64,000 bases of DNA from Harriotta raleighana (Eukaryota), in the NCBI GenBank assembly GCA_050575255.1, contig JBNZDD010013620.1, forward strand, positions 1,258,274 through 1,322,273. Reading direction: 5' to 3'. Of this stretch, positions 36,628 through 48,770 are shown one piece after another; position 1 is the first letter of the stretch, and the number at the start of each line of letters is the position of its first letter. A program made the translations under genes and the position numbers. Below the pieces are notes generated by a model. That model saw only the letters and a program-made list of their open reading frames with translations. It did no database searches and was not told the origin of the DNA.

Positions 36628-37335
36628 TCATAGAATCGTAGAATGTTCCGGCACAGAAGGAGGCCATTTGGCCCATCGAGTCTGTGCTGACTCTCTGACA
36701 GAGCAATGTCACTTTCATTAACCCCAATCACCATAACCCATCTTCCCCAGATACCTATCCAGTTCTCTCTTAAAAGCTGCTATCGAATCGGACCTCACTA
36801 CCCTTTCAGGCAGATCATTCCAAATTCGAACAACTCTCTGAGTGAAAAAATTTCTTCTAACCTCCCCTCTGCTTCTTTTGGTAGATATCTTAAGACTGTG
36901 ACCTCGGGTCACAGACACACCTACCAGCGGAAACAGCTTTTCCCTATCTAGCCTGTCGAAACCTTTCATGATCTTGAAGACCTCTATCAGGTCCCCACGT
37001 AACCTTCTCTGCTCTAATGGGAAAAGTCCTAACTTCTCCAGCCTGTCCTCATAGCTAAGGTTCCCCATTCCTGGAATCATTCTTGTGAATCGCCTCTGCA
37101 CCCTTTCCAGTGCCTTAATGTCCTTCCTGTAGTAAGGTGCCCAGAACTGGACGCAGTACTCCAGCTGAGGCCTAACCAGTGTTTTGTATAAATTAAGCAT
37201 AACTTCCCTACTCTTAAACTCTATGCCCCTACTAATAAAGCTCAATACACCAAATGCCTTTTTACTGTTTTATCTACCTGCCCTGCTACCTTTAATAATT
37301 CGCTTACTTGAACACCCAGATTTCTCTGTACATTC
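36628..37335 (-). mobile_element. Young 5'-truncated CR1 LINE; ORF2 C-terminus intact (36718-37245)
   Basis: LYKTLVRPQLEYCVQFWAPYYRKDIKALERVQRRFTRMIPG...RRLRGDLIEVFKIMKG...TRGHSLK...FFTQRVVRIWNDLP, followed by the CR1 3' end 'ATTCTACGATTCTATG'. Confidence 0.95.
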
Positions 37336-38494
37336 ACCCCCCTTAAGATTGAGACGTCCTTCTGACATGACAAGGTGCTATATCAAATGCAAGGATTATT
37401 ATGAATCCGAAGGATTAGCAGTAGTTTTGTGCTTTGGGATAAGGCCTACTGGGATTAAAACCTCACGAATCATTACACCAATAATGGGGTTGAGCCCTCA
37501 CCAATTATTCCATGCAAGCCCTCACAGCCAGAAAAAGGAAGCCTTCAGGCTGGGCTGAATTCAAAACATGATCCTGAAGTGAAAGGACAATGGACACTGC
37601 ACCAACCAGTCATTGTAGTCGTAAAACAAATGAATTGGAACGAGCAAGAGCAATGTATTGACCCTCAAAAACGCGGCTATGAAGGACAAAAGGACATAAA
37701 TAGATTTTCTGTGTAGACAGTGGGATAAAAAGTGACTTCATATCATAACCTGAAGTCAGTACGGAGATGGACATTTTTACTGGTGAAAATGAAAGAAAAG
37801 TACATCATTATGTTTAAAGATTTTAGTTAAGACATTTAATTTCATCCCTTGAAGCTAGTATTGATAAGGTACAGGATAGTCAATCAATTTGTTCATCTTC
37901 ATGTGTTATGGAAATATGTCTGGATTACGTCATATTAAAAAAAGTTCATCTCAGAGTAACTTCTCCACTATTAATTTTCTCACAAGCACACACAATACAT
38001 TTTATCATTTTGAGTGAATTATCACAAGGATTAACTAATTGTAAAATGCATTTTACATTATATTTTATTCTAAGTTTGACTTTGCTTTTAAAATGTTAAA
38101 AATTATTCCATTGGAATAATTTTAACTAGGCCTGGATTTACACAAGCATTTCTGGGCATCCACAACTTGCCAAATTGTTGAATCCAATCTTAACTACGGT
38201 GTCAGTTTTCAATATTTTTTTCAAACTATTCACAAAAAAAAGCTTTAAATGATTACTGTATTTAAGAATCTGCCAAATTCGGGCCCTGAAATACAATAAA
38301 AATTACACTTCGAAAGTGTCTTTCATGTCAGGAAGACATATCAAAGTGCTTCACAGAGCTGGGTGATGAGGGAGTGCAAAGCCGAGAGATGAATGAAAGC
38401 ATGCTCAAGCGGGTAGTAATAAATAGTAATAACAATAATCCTTACATTTATATAACACTTTCCACATCTTATCGACATCTCAAAGTGCTTAGAG

Positions 38495-39851
38495 CAGGGG
38501 TGGGGAGCGGTCAGGGGAAGGAAAGTAGGAAAATGGACTGCATATTTGTGGGCGAAACGCGGCAGCTAAATTGCGCACAGCAGTGTCCCACAAACAGTCA
38601 CAGAAGTGGGGTCAGGGTACAATTTGAGACGTAAAATAAAATACGTCGAGTAAATGAATAAATCTGGGCTGACCCAGGTAGAATTTCGATATCCTCAGTG
38701 CTTTGGATATGCTATTTTATCTGAGCACAAGTAGCTACTGTCAATGTGAGAAAAAGACGTGCCTTGCAGTAGATGATTCCAATATCCCAGTAAGAAGGTC
38801 GCATTATATCAATGTGAACACTTTGATCATTTTATTTTTTTCAAAAAACAGATTAATTGGGATTGTGCATTGCGAGTCCAGGCTTCAACAAACAGCAATG
38901 GAATCCTGGAGGGCTGGAAATTAAAAAGGGTGAGATATACAAGACATCAGGCTGAAATAAAAATAAAGAAATAATAATAATAATAATCCTTGCATTTGAT
39001 ATAGCGCTTTTCATGTCTTCTAGATGTCTCAAAGCGCTTCACAGAATACGCAGTAAAGTAAATTGACTGTATAGATGTGGGTGAAACGTGGCAGGGGTGT
39101 GGAGTAAGGAAACTTGCATTTGTAAACCCATCACCATGCTCATATCCAAACCAGACAAAGAGTGGCATGTATNCAGGGGTGGGGAGCGGTCAGGGGAAGG
39201 AAAGTAGGAAAATTGACTGCATATTTGTGGGCGAAACGCGGCAGCTAAATTGCGCACAGCAGTGTCCCACAAACAGTCACAGAAGTGGGGTCAGGGTACA
39301 ATTTGAGACGTAAAATAAAATACGTCGAGTAAATGAATAAATCTGGGCTGACCCAGGTAGAATTTCGATATCCTCAGTGCTTTGGATATGCTATTTTATC
39401 TGAGCACAAGTAGCTACTGTCAATGTGAGAAAAAGACGTGCCTTGCAGTAGATGATTCCAATATCCCAGTAAGAAGGTCGCATTATATCAATGTGAACAC
39501 TTTGATCATTTTATTTTTTTCAAGAAACAGATTAATTGGGATTGTGCATTGCGAGTCCAGGCTTCAACAAACAGCAATGGAATCCTGGAGGGCTGGAAAT
39601 TAAAAAGGGTGAGATATACAAGACATCAGGCTGAAATAAAAATAAAGAAATAATAATAATAATAATCCTTGCATTTGATATAGCGCTTTTCATGTCTTCT
39701 AGATGTCTCAAAGCGCTTCACAGAATACGCAGTAAAGTAAATTGACTGTATAGATGTGGGTGAAACGTGGCAGGGGTGTGGAGTAAGGAAACTTGCATTT
39801 GTAAACCCATCACCATGCTCATATCCAAACCAGACAAAGAGTGGCATGTAT
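38495..39851. repeat. 678-bp near-identical tandem duplication split by a single N (likely contig-overlap artefact)
   Basis: 38495-39172 versus 39174-39851; I see only two substitutions; N at 39173. Confidence 0.85.
38674..38913 (-). pseudogene. Fossil exon, first Cys-anchored repeat (240 nt, phase 1-1); duplicated at 39353-39592
   Basis: ctcaccctttttaatttccAG|ccctcc...ctacctgg|GTCAGC. Reads LQDSIAVC*SLDSQCTIPINL...NKMIKVFTL, and YWDIGIIYCK in a second frame. Confidence 0.55.
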
Positions 39852-41479
39852 TATGAATGCCATTTACATTTTTTAAAATGTGGACATTTCAATCCACGAC
39901 TGTTTGTGGGACAAGGCTGTGTGCTAAATCAAATGCAAGGATTCTTATGATTGTTACATACAATTCTGGAGAATATTAAACCCAGGTGGGAAAGAGCCAA
40001 CGCATGGGGACCCCAGAACATACTGTTGGAATTTAAACAGTTAAAATTGATAGATAGCGAACTGCCTGGCAGTCCGGCTAGAGCTTTGGCTTTGAGGTTA
40101 ACAGACACCAAGAGCCCCATTGACCGAATGTACTCCTTTAAGACATGCCGACAAATCTGATTGGCTGTGCTGTCATTATCAGTGCCCTGGGACGGTACTT
40201 CAGGAAATGGACGACCAAGACTGCCACAGAGGATTGACTCGATTCCAACATTTCATTGTCAATACACTGCTGTGCGCAATTTGGCTGCCGCGTTTCGCCC
40301 ACAAATATACAGTCAGTTTTTCCTGCTTTTCTTCCCTCGACCCCTCCCCCCACTTGACTGTACAGCGCCTTGGGACGTCCTCCTGACGTGAAAGGCGCTA
40401 TATAAATATAATATATAAATAAAAAATAAATAAATAAACATGTCACCTTGTAGCCAGAACAGCTCCCACACCTCCACTGAGGATAGTCAGCAGTTACATT
40501 TTCATCACCATATTCATTACTTACTTCGCACTGCTTACTCCAACCACGTCTGTCCACCACTGCAACCCCACCCCCCACCCCCACCCAACCACCCCCACCC
40601 ACACAATTCAACTGACTAATTTTGCACATCCGCAGACATGAAAATTCATTTCTACCTGCACAGTGTGTGCGAGAATGATAAACAGCAAATTATTAAATGC
40701 AATAAATGGTGAGCAGATAGTGGGTAAAACTTAAGAGAGACACAGGTTCCTGACCGTGTCAATGATGGAGCACTGGTGCAAATAGTATTTGAAATACAGC
40801 TGTGGTACTACCAATAGCTTCACTTGATGATTCAAATAAGAAATATAATCTCATTCCAATTTATAACCTATTTAAATGCACAACATTATTTTATTTATTT
40901 ATTAAAAAAACAACATCCTATATACAAAGTTAGGTAGGATGGTATAATTTCTAATATTTAAAATAATATAAATAGATGTGTGTAAATTAATTCAAANCAT
41001 TTATTTATTAAAAAAAACAACATCCTATATACAAAGTTAGGTAGGATGGTATATTTCTAATATTTAAAATAATATAAATAGATGTGTGTAAATTAATTCA
41101 AAAGTGATCAAAGCAATTACTAGTTTGCTAAATAGGGATATGGGGCACAAGGCAATGTGACTAGTCTTCTTCTGTACTGCAAATTTGTATGGTAAAAAAA
41201 GACTAAAAACAGCACTTAAAAAAAGTGGGGTAACATGTGCCAAATTCAGTGAATAGATTTGTATCATCAACCAGGTAAGCATTGTTTTGCTGTCTATTCA
41301 AAGTTGCATTCAGCTGGAGATTCATCAGTTCAATCCACATTGCCATTGAGAACAACAACAACAAGAATACTGTCTGATAAGCTTCATGCTGCTTGTCCAG
41401 TTAGGACCATCCTACCAACGTGTGGCGTTGACTTGTAGGATTATTGGGAACTAAGTAGGATACACTTTACAGTATAATC

Positions 41480-41910
41480 GAATTCAAGATCCTCGTCCTC
41501 CCTTTGAAGGCCATTCACTGCCTTGCCGTCGCCTATCTCTCCAACCTGCTGTCTCCCGAACAACCTGCCCGTTCCCTCCGTTCAGCGGGCTCTGGCCTGC
41601 TCCATGTCCCCGCCCAAAGACACTACCATNGCCCAAAAACACTACCATCGGTGGCCAGGCTTTCAGCCTCTCTCCCCCCACACTCTGAAACTCCATCCTG
41701 CAATGCCTTCGCCTCGTTTCATTCACTTTCCTCCTTTTAGGCTGGTCTCAAGACCTTCTTCTTCGACTGCGCCTTTGCTGCCCTCCTAACTCTCCCCCCT
41801 TTCCTACTCTGTCCCACTGCCCCTACCCTGACCCTCCCCCCACTGCTCGGATCCCGACCTGACTGTTCAACGCCTTGGGATGTTCTCCGGACGTGAAAGA
41901 AGCTCTATAA
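41480..41910 (+). mobile_element. L2 LINE 3' end
   Basis: RIEFKILVL..KAIHCLA..YLSNLL....PARSLRSAGSGLL, then the tail 'gtgaaagaagctctataaatgtaattttgttgtt'. Confidence 0.85.
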
Positions 41911-42535
41911 ATGTAATTTTGTTGTTGATTTATGTGAAAGGCTTTGGGATGTCCCAAAGACGTGCCTTATCAAGTGCAAGTATTATTATTTATTAGTTGT
42001 ACTATTATAAGAATCCCTGCCCCCAGTGACTTGTCCATCTCAGAGTATTGATTGGATTCCAACATCACATTGCCAAATTTATTTCAAGGCAGTTCAGTTA
42101 AAAATGCCCAATTTACTTCCCCTCCCCTAAGGAGGATAATCTGTTCGAATAGAAACAGGCATGCAGACTATTGAAATGCCTGAAATTCTTTCTTATGTTT
42201 GGCTGAGGGAGCACAATCCTGTTCTAAGAAGATATTATAGTGAGAATTGTGCAAAATACCCTCCGCGCAATTTAAATCTTACCAGTCGCAATTTCCAACA
42301 ACGCACAACGTTGAAATGAAGATGACACATTTGAACTAGTTATTTTATCACAATGAGTTGACATTAGATTGCTTGGTTAGAAGAGGACATACAGTCATAA
42401 AGGGAGTTTGATTTGCAGTGACAAATTACATGGCACAGAGGTGAATGTTTTGGGGATACTGTGAAATGGCAGATGTCATCGCCAGGAACAGATACAGTAG
42501 TCTTGCAGGCGAATGTGAATGAGCTACAAACCTAC

Positions 42536-42607
42536 ATTCCTGCACCATAACATGATTTGAATGCGAGTCACTATTTATTTGCTCTTGTACATCGATTTCT
42601 GCTCTAT
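42536..42607 (-). pseudogene. Putative second coding exon of the fossil gene (72 nt, phase 1-1, open)
   Basis: catcattttcAG|atagagca...gcaggaat|GTAGGT. Reads (D)RAEIDVQEQINSDSHSNHVMVQE. Confidence 0.45.
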
Positions 42608-42763
42608 CTGAAAATGATGTATTCCACCTTTGCAGAGAACACACACACACTGAGACTAATACAAGACACTCACAAAGAGAATAAATCAGCATGTTTGCAC
42701 CTACTACCACAAATTATCCTTACCTCCTGATCATAATGCAGAAGCAATTTGTTGATTAATTAT

Positions 42764-43070
42764 AATAATCCTTACATTTGATATAGCTCCTGATCACATC
42801 TTCTAGATGTCTCAGAGCACTTTACACAATATACTGAAATGTAAATGGACTATATTTTGTGGGTGAAACGTCGCAGCTAATTGCACACAGAATTGTCCAG
42901 TAAACAGTTGTGGATTGAAGTGACCAATTTCTTGTTTTTTTTTTCTTAAGAGGGATTACTATCAAGAGTGTGGAATAAGGAAACTTGCCCAAGATTTCGA
43001 CCTGCTGGGAATCAAACCCAGGGATTGCGCTTGAGAGGAGACCGTTTTAACCACTGAGTTTCAGGATTCC
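42764..43070 (-). mobile_element. Full-length tRNA-derived SINE
   Basis: Same head, body and tail as the other copies, more diverged. Confidence 0.85.
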
Positions 43071-43395
43071 ACTAACCAATTCCAAGAGAATGACAAACTT
43101 TTTAAACCAAATTCTGGAATAAATTGAGTAGCCCCATCTCACAACAGGTTTACTTTTAATTCCCCCTTTGAACATTTCTAGCCAAGACTCATACAACGCA
43201 AAATCAAACTCCCATAAAATAAGGAAATAAAATAAGGATTCTCAAAACCACAGAAAATTTACAGCACAGTATCTACTTAAGCGCTTTGGGATGTCCTTCC
43301 GATGTGATAGGAGCAGTATAACTGTAATTTTGTTGTTGTTGATGTTGACCAGTTCTGGTATACACAATAGGAAGTATTTGTTCACAAAGAGGATA

Positions 43396-44045
43396 CAGTA
43401 AAAGCCTGTTTATCCGTGACTCGATGAACTGGAAAACCTGTTGAACCGGCACCTCCAAAAAAGTCCCGATTCGATAAACCGGAAATTATCCTGCAGAATA
43501 GTGATGACGCATTTAATGAATCGATTGTTGCACGTGAGTACTGGTGCAGGTATATCGGCTTGCTGCTGGTCAAATCTAAACTCACTCCTGACGTTTTTTT
43601 TTTAAAAGTCATGATACTGGTTTTTTTTTAAAGTCGCTCTCCTGCCGTTTTGTTTTCCTCCGTGGCAGCCATTGCCCAAGTTAAATATAAATAATAAAGT
43701 ACTAATACAATATTCTGTTATTATAGTATCTGTTATTAGTGTATTTCGTCTATTATTTATATAGTACAGTTCAACATTTACAATAAAGTAGCCATACAAT
43801 ATTCTGTTATTACAGTATCTGTTATTACTGTATTTACTCTATTATTTATCTGGTACAGCGTACAACATTTACAATAAATACCCATACAATATTGTTATTA
43901 TCTGTTATCATTTAGTCTATTATTAATATGGTATGTGTTAAAATAATTTTTAATTAAAAAAATATATATTTTTTAAAAAACGTTCAATCGGAAAACCGAT
44001 TAAGTGCCACTGGCCAGTGGATGCCGGATAAACGGGCTTTTGCTG
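43396..44045 (+). mobile_element. Complete MITE of the same family with internal AT-rich tandem expansion
   Basis: TA|CAGTAAAAGCCTGTTTATCCG ... CGGATAAACGGGCTTTTGCTG|TA; an internal unit of about 90 bp is repeated at 43700-43920. Confidence 0.9.
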
Positions 44046-45283
44046 TACTTTGTTAGCCTGGCTATTTGGTCTTTGGTGTTTGTGAAGCATTTTAAGACAT
44101 CACAATGATGTGATGAGATACCATATCAAAATGGAAGTACTGTATTATTTTTATGATTATTAAACAGAATAGGTTGCCAGGAACAGAGGTTGATGTTAAG
44201 ACACTGTGATGGCTTCCGATGGTGAAGAGGAGGACGGAGCCAGCTGAGAGAATGGAGTGGGTAGAGGAGTTGGGTGTAAAGAGTAAATAGTTTAAAAAGC
44301 AAAATATAAAAAAAAGGTTATCAGGATGAGGTGTGGGCTACAATTGATAGATTTATCTGAAAGTCAGCACGAATCTGATGAGCTGAATGATCCCTTTCTC
44401 TCCTGTAAACATTTTGTTCACTGGTTGTGAATCCTGCAACTTATACCCCAGACACATCTTGTTAAATGGACAAGGCAGTTATTAACGGAACCGTGGATTC
44501 CTGTGTGAGACATTAAAATATCAATGCGAGTGCTCTGTTGAAGCATTGCAAAATTTCTGGGTATAGATCTATAGAAATTTACAGCACTGAAGAACATTTG
44601 GCCCATTGTCTCTGTGTTGGCTCTTTTGAAGAGTGATCCTTTCAGTCCAAATTACTTGCCTTTGACCCTGTTTTAAATATCTGTGTCAATCCAATTTTTT
44701 AATGCCCATCCTCTTGCTGGCAGCTCAATTTCTAGCCACCTCACTTATAAAATGAATTGAATATTTTGGAAAGGGTTCAAATAGGAATGGCTTTGATACT
44801 GAAGGAACAAATAGCTACATTGGAGGATAGGATGGTAAAAATGAACTGGTTCGCATTGAGAATAGGATTTAGAAAGAAACATGATACAAGTTTATAAAAT
44901 GACGAAAAGCATAAATTATGAGACCATCTCAGGACAAAAGTATACAACTAGAATGGGCCTGAGGTGAGACTAGAATGTAGACAATTTGTTAAATTGTTGT
45001 TAAATGTGGTAAATTGTCTGGTTTCCCATGAAATTGTACTGGATAAGTTCCCTCTATGACTTACTTGGTGAAATCTATATCCGCTGCAAGTCTGTGCTGG
45101 GTTATCCAATTTCAGCTACAAATGTTAAAGAAACTGCAATTTGCCCCAGCGAAGCAGATTGGGACATCCTCCCAATGTGAAAGACACTGTTGTTGTCCTT
45201 TTAGGTTAGGAAAGAAAATATATTCTCTGGACTTTAGGGGAAAATGGAAATGTAGATGTTGGTGGAGTAGCGAATGGACTTAC

Positions 45284-45356
45284 CTGGAATAGCCCCTTCA
45301 GTGAAACAGCCTGCTAACACACATATGAATAATGGCTGCAGAGCAAGAGGATGAAT
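45284..45356 (-). pseudogene. Putative signal-peptide exon of the fossil gene
   Basis: (I)HPLALQPLFICVLAGCFTEGAIP g|GTAAGT, a hydrophobic core with a phase-1 perfect donor. An internal acceptor ctcttgctctgcAG lies at 45336-37. Confidence 0.45.
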
Positions 45357-48300
45357 GACTACTTGTGTACACAAAATAGTTACGGCTGAACAGTCAATGC
45401 ATTCAGGAGAGGTTGCAAAATTAAGCAACAAAAAAATGAATCTAATCACATATAATAATGTACCATATGTAAATGTACGTGTGCTGTGTTACAATAATGG
45501 AGTCCGTAATATGCCATGTATGTATACATGTGCTGTGTGATAGATAAAGAAACAGTATTGGTAATACAAAGAAAATACCAATGCCAGTGAAAAGTAATGT
45601 AGAGCTGAGGTTACAACAACAACTTGCATTTATATATATATTTTAATTTACTTTTTCTTAGTCCATTTCATTCTGTGCAAAATAAATCCTCCTGAGCCTG
45701 AATACAGCAAAATTAAACGGACTGAAAAAAAACACAATGCGTAGAAAAAGTGGAACACTATATTTAGCAGTGACAAAATAATTTGATGGTACAGTATACA
45801 GTTAAGATTTTTTTTCAATGTAAATGTTTGCTCGTTCAACTGATTGATCACCATTACCATTTTATCAAGAATTTGTAAACTAGAGCTCCAGTGGGGTATG
45901 CGAACATTAGTTTGCTCCCACTTCCCAAATGACATGTTGCAATCCCCACCTCACAAACTCCCATCCACTCAGGGCGACATTTTCATTGCCGGAATCGATT
46001 ACAGTATCCTCACGAAGATAGCTAAATGAGTGCCAATTAGGACTGAACAGCAAAGTGGTTTTGTTCTAGGTACTGTACTGTGCTTGCCTCCACTGGGAGC
46101 AAGAATGAGACAAACCAACCTACTGTACCTGGGACATTCTCAGCCATCACATAGGAGAGACCATCATCACTCCCTTGATTTTGTCTTTTAACTAAATCAA
46201 TACTTTTCTGTTGAATTGCCTTATGGGTCACAGCAAAGTAATAATCGAAACAATTTTTGTTGCACTTATCAGCAGAATGGGAAGAAAAAATCCATTAATA
46301 GGGACATGTCTGTGGAAATCTACAGCTGCTGTGGGAGGAAGTGATGAATTTTGTATTTTGCAAGCATACGATAGGAAGATTTCAGAAATCATATATTCAA
46401 TTGTGGAACAGCTTGCAAAAAAAATGTTAAGCTAAGCAGAAAGCATTAAGCAATGCACTGTTCAGTCTAATAGATAGAGAACAATAAAGTCTATTTCTGA
46501 ATTTTTGTTTCTTTTTATCATATCTGACAGTATTTTGGGCGTCTTAAGGACAAAAATGAAATACCGTTACCTCACAATCTCTTTAAAAAAAAAAAAATCC
46601 CCAAACTCATGTATTGCAATATATCGTCAAATAGTCAGAGCACCAAACAGGCATTTTTCCACCAATATAGTCTGATTTTCACACCCCAGTAAGAATCAAA
46701 CACAAGTATAGTTAACACATTTGTCTGCATGACCATTTGATCTATATAAACAAGACTTGAGGGCTATATTTCCAAACTAGTGCTAAGTACACTGTACCCA
46801 TTAGTGCTGCATTGATTTTCTACAGCACTTGTATATATAGTTTTAGAACAAGATGTCCCAGTACTTAACAATAAATGCCATTTTGCTATGTGAAGAAAAT
46901 TCCTTAATTTCACTTGATGATAATCTTTCTGCAGTATGAGGAGATGTAAAATAAAACAACAGCATAACTATTGCACTTGCCAATAATCTCTGAAAGATAC
47001 AGCAATAAACTTTCGGAATTAGTGAGTTAGTTATTGTAATAGTTTTATGAAGTAGGTTGTACAAGAAGACTTGATAGTAGAAAAATAATCCTGTAAATTT
47101 AAATAGCATACACCCAATTCCACCAGTTAAGCAAGGGATGGGAAGGTTTATTGGCGAAATCACATGTACGCAACAGAAAGCAATGGCGTGTTATATATTT
47201 GAGGTGAAATGCTGATGGTACAGCATTGAAAATAATAAGGAAATATTTAGAAATTTAAGAATAAGAGAACAAATACAATGACAGGTTGCAGGTATTCTTA
47301 ATTAGTCTGTAGTAAATTATGAAATTAGCAACTAAATGTGAGAAGCCCTGAAATTGCTACAACTGCAAAGAATGACTGCCCACACAATGGTCCATTCACC
47401 AACACTTGTTAAAATTATTATTGTTAAAACTACGTAACGACAGGCTGGTGATTTTACTTGTTGAATTGATTGGAATTGAGTGGAAATGTTATGGTTAACC
47501 AGATTCTTTAATGAGCAAGAAAGTATTTGGGTTGAAAATGTTTCTGCACAGAGAAAGAGAGAGAGAAAGACACACACACACACACAAACACATACACTAA
47601 AAATGGCTCAGTAAACTGTGGAAGAAAAACTACACAGCAATGTTACAGGAACGCTGACAATAGCTAACTTCTGCCCATTATTAGGCTGGGACTTGAATAC
47701 ACTTATACACTAATTTGCAGGATACAAGATTCTCAAAAAGATCAAAACCCAGGATAGTCAATCATGCAAAACTGTGTGAAGTCTCCAGATTGCTGTGAGG
47801 TGATATGTAAATGAATAATGCAACTAGAACATGCATTTACAAGTCCAGGTCCAGTGAGAGGCACCCCACACACATATACACCTTTGCAATCTTTAATCAA
47901 TCATCTGTTACCATATAAAGGTAAGGCTACATTCTTCAAAACATGCAGAATTTTATTGGAAACCCTATCCTATATTTAAATCAATATATGCCTCTTACCC
48001 AGTTGAGAGGTAACATTCACTTCCACAATAAAAGATGTACACTTTCAGGTAAGCATTTACACTGTAAGCGCAGTCAAGATGAATGTAAGAATGCTTTGAA
48101 AACCTGAAACTGCTAAATATCTGATGGATGTGTTTGATAGTTACTTGTTAATATTAAAAATACAAGCAAGATTTTCAAGAACAGAATTAAAAAAGGGGGA
48201 AAGCTTAAGAGAAAATGTTACATTTGGACCACAAAATCATAAAAAGGCAACCCTGCTAAATGTGTATAAAGCAGTTTTTTTGTAGAATCTCAGGGATTTT

Positions 48301-48469
48301 ACATTACCAGCATCCTGATGTCCTGTTAGGCAGCCATTTCTATTTTGATGGGAAGCTAAAATGACCAATTTCCATGTCATTAGGTCAGCACTGACATCGC
48401 TTCCTCATTTGCACATGCACAGCAAAGAAGCATCAGCTCAGTAGGAAGTGATGTGGTTGGTGACCGAAT

Positions 48470-48770
48470 GACCTAGATGCTGGTTAGACCACCTTCCAAG
48501 CAAAAGGTGGTTCCCGGTCTCCGGGTGGGGCAAAACCTTAGGCAAGGGGGAAGGAGGATGGCTTGAAGGAGAGAGTTCAAGAGTTTGGGGGCATAGTGGC
48601 TGAAGATGTGGCCTCCATTAGTGGAACGGAGGGCTCTAGGGACAAACAGGAGGCCAGAGTCAGCCAATTGGAGGCTGAGGGTGGTGGAGTGGGAGATAAG
48701 CAGGTCAGATAAATAGCAAGGAGTGAAAGAAATAAGTCATTTGTAAACAAGCGAGAGGATTTGGGGACTT
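48470..48770 (-). mobile_element. L2 3' fragment
   Basis: ADSGLLFVPR..RSTNGGHIFSHYAPKLLNSL. Confidence 0.7.

Larger units (their letters stand above)
1036..45356 (-). pseudogene. Candidate decayed multi-exon gene (unitary pseudogene) for a large secreted mosaic protein: signal peptide, Cys-rich repeats, LamG/ConA-like x4, AbfB-like x2, F5/8C; probably continues below position 1036
   Basis: About 25 non-repeat segments, all on the minus strand, many with a pyrimidine tract+AG and a GTRAG-like donor. Their translations contain recurring domain motifs in a coherent order but with many stops and frameshifts. Domain identity is by-eye motif recognition, not a database search. Confidence 0.65.

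Noticed and set aside
36718-37245. 175-aa intact ORF as a host gene
   Set aside because: It is the C-terminus of CR1 LINE ORF2.
1036-45356. Assignment to a known vertebrate gene (CNTNAP, PKHD1/PKHD1L1, OTOG, USH2A, PAPPA, ADGRD1)
   Set aside because: The motif order and domain mix do not match my recollection of these proteins, so no gene symbol is given.
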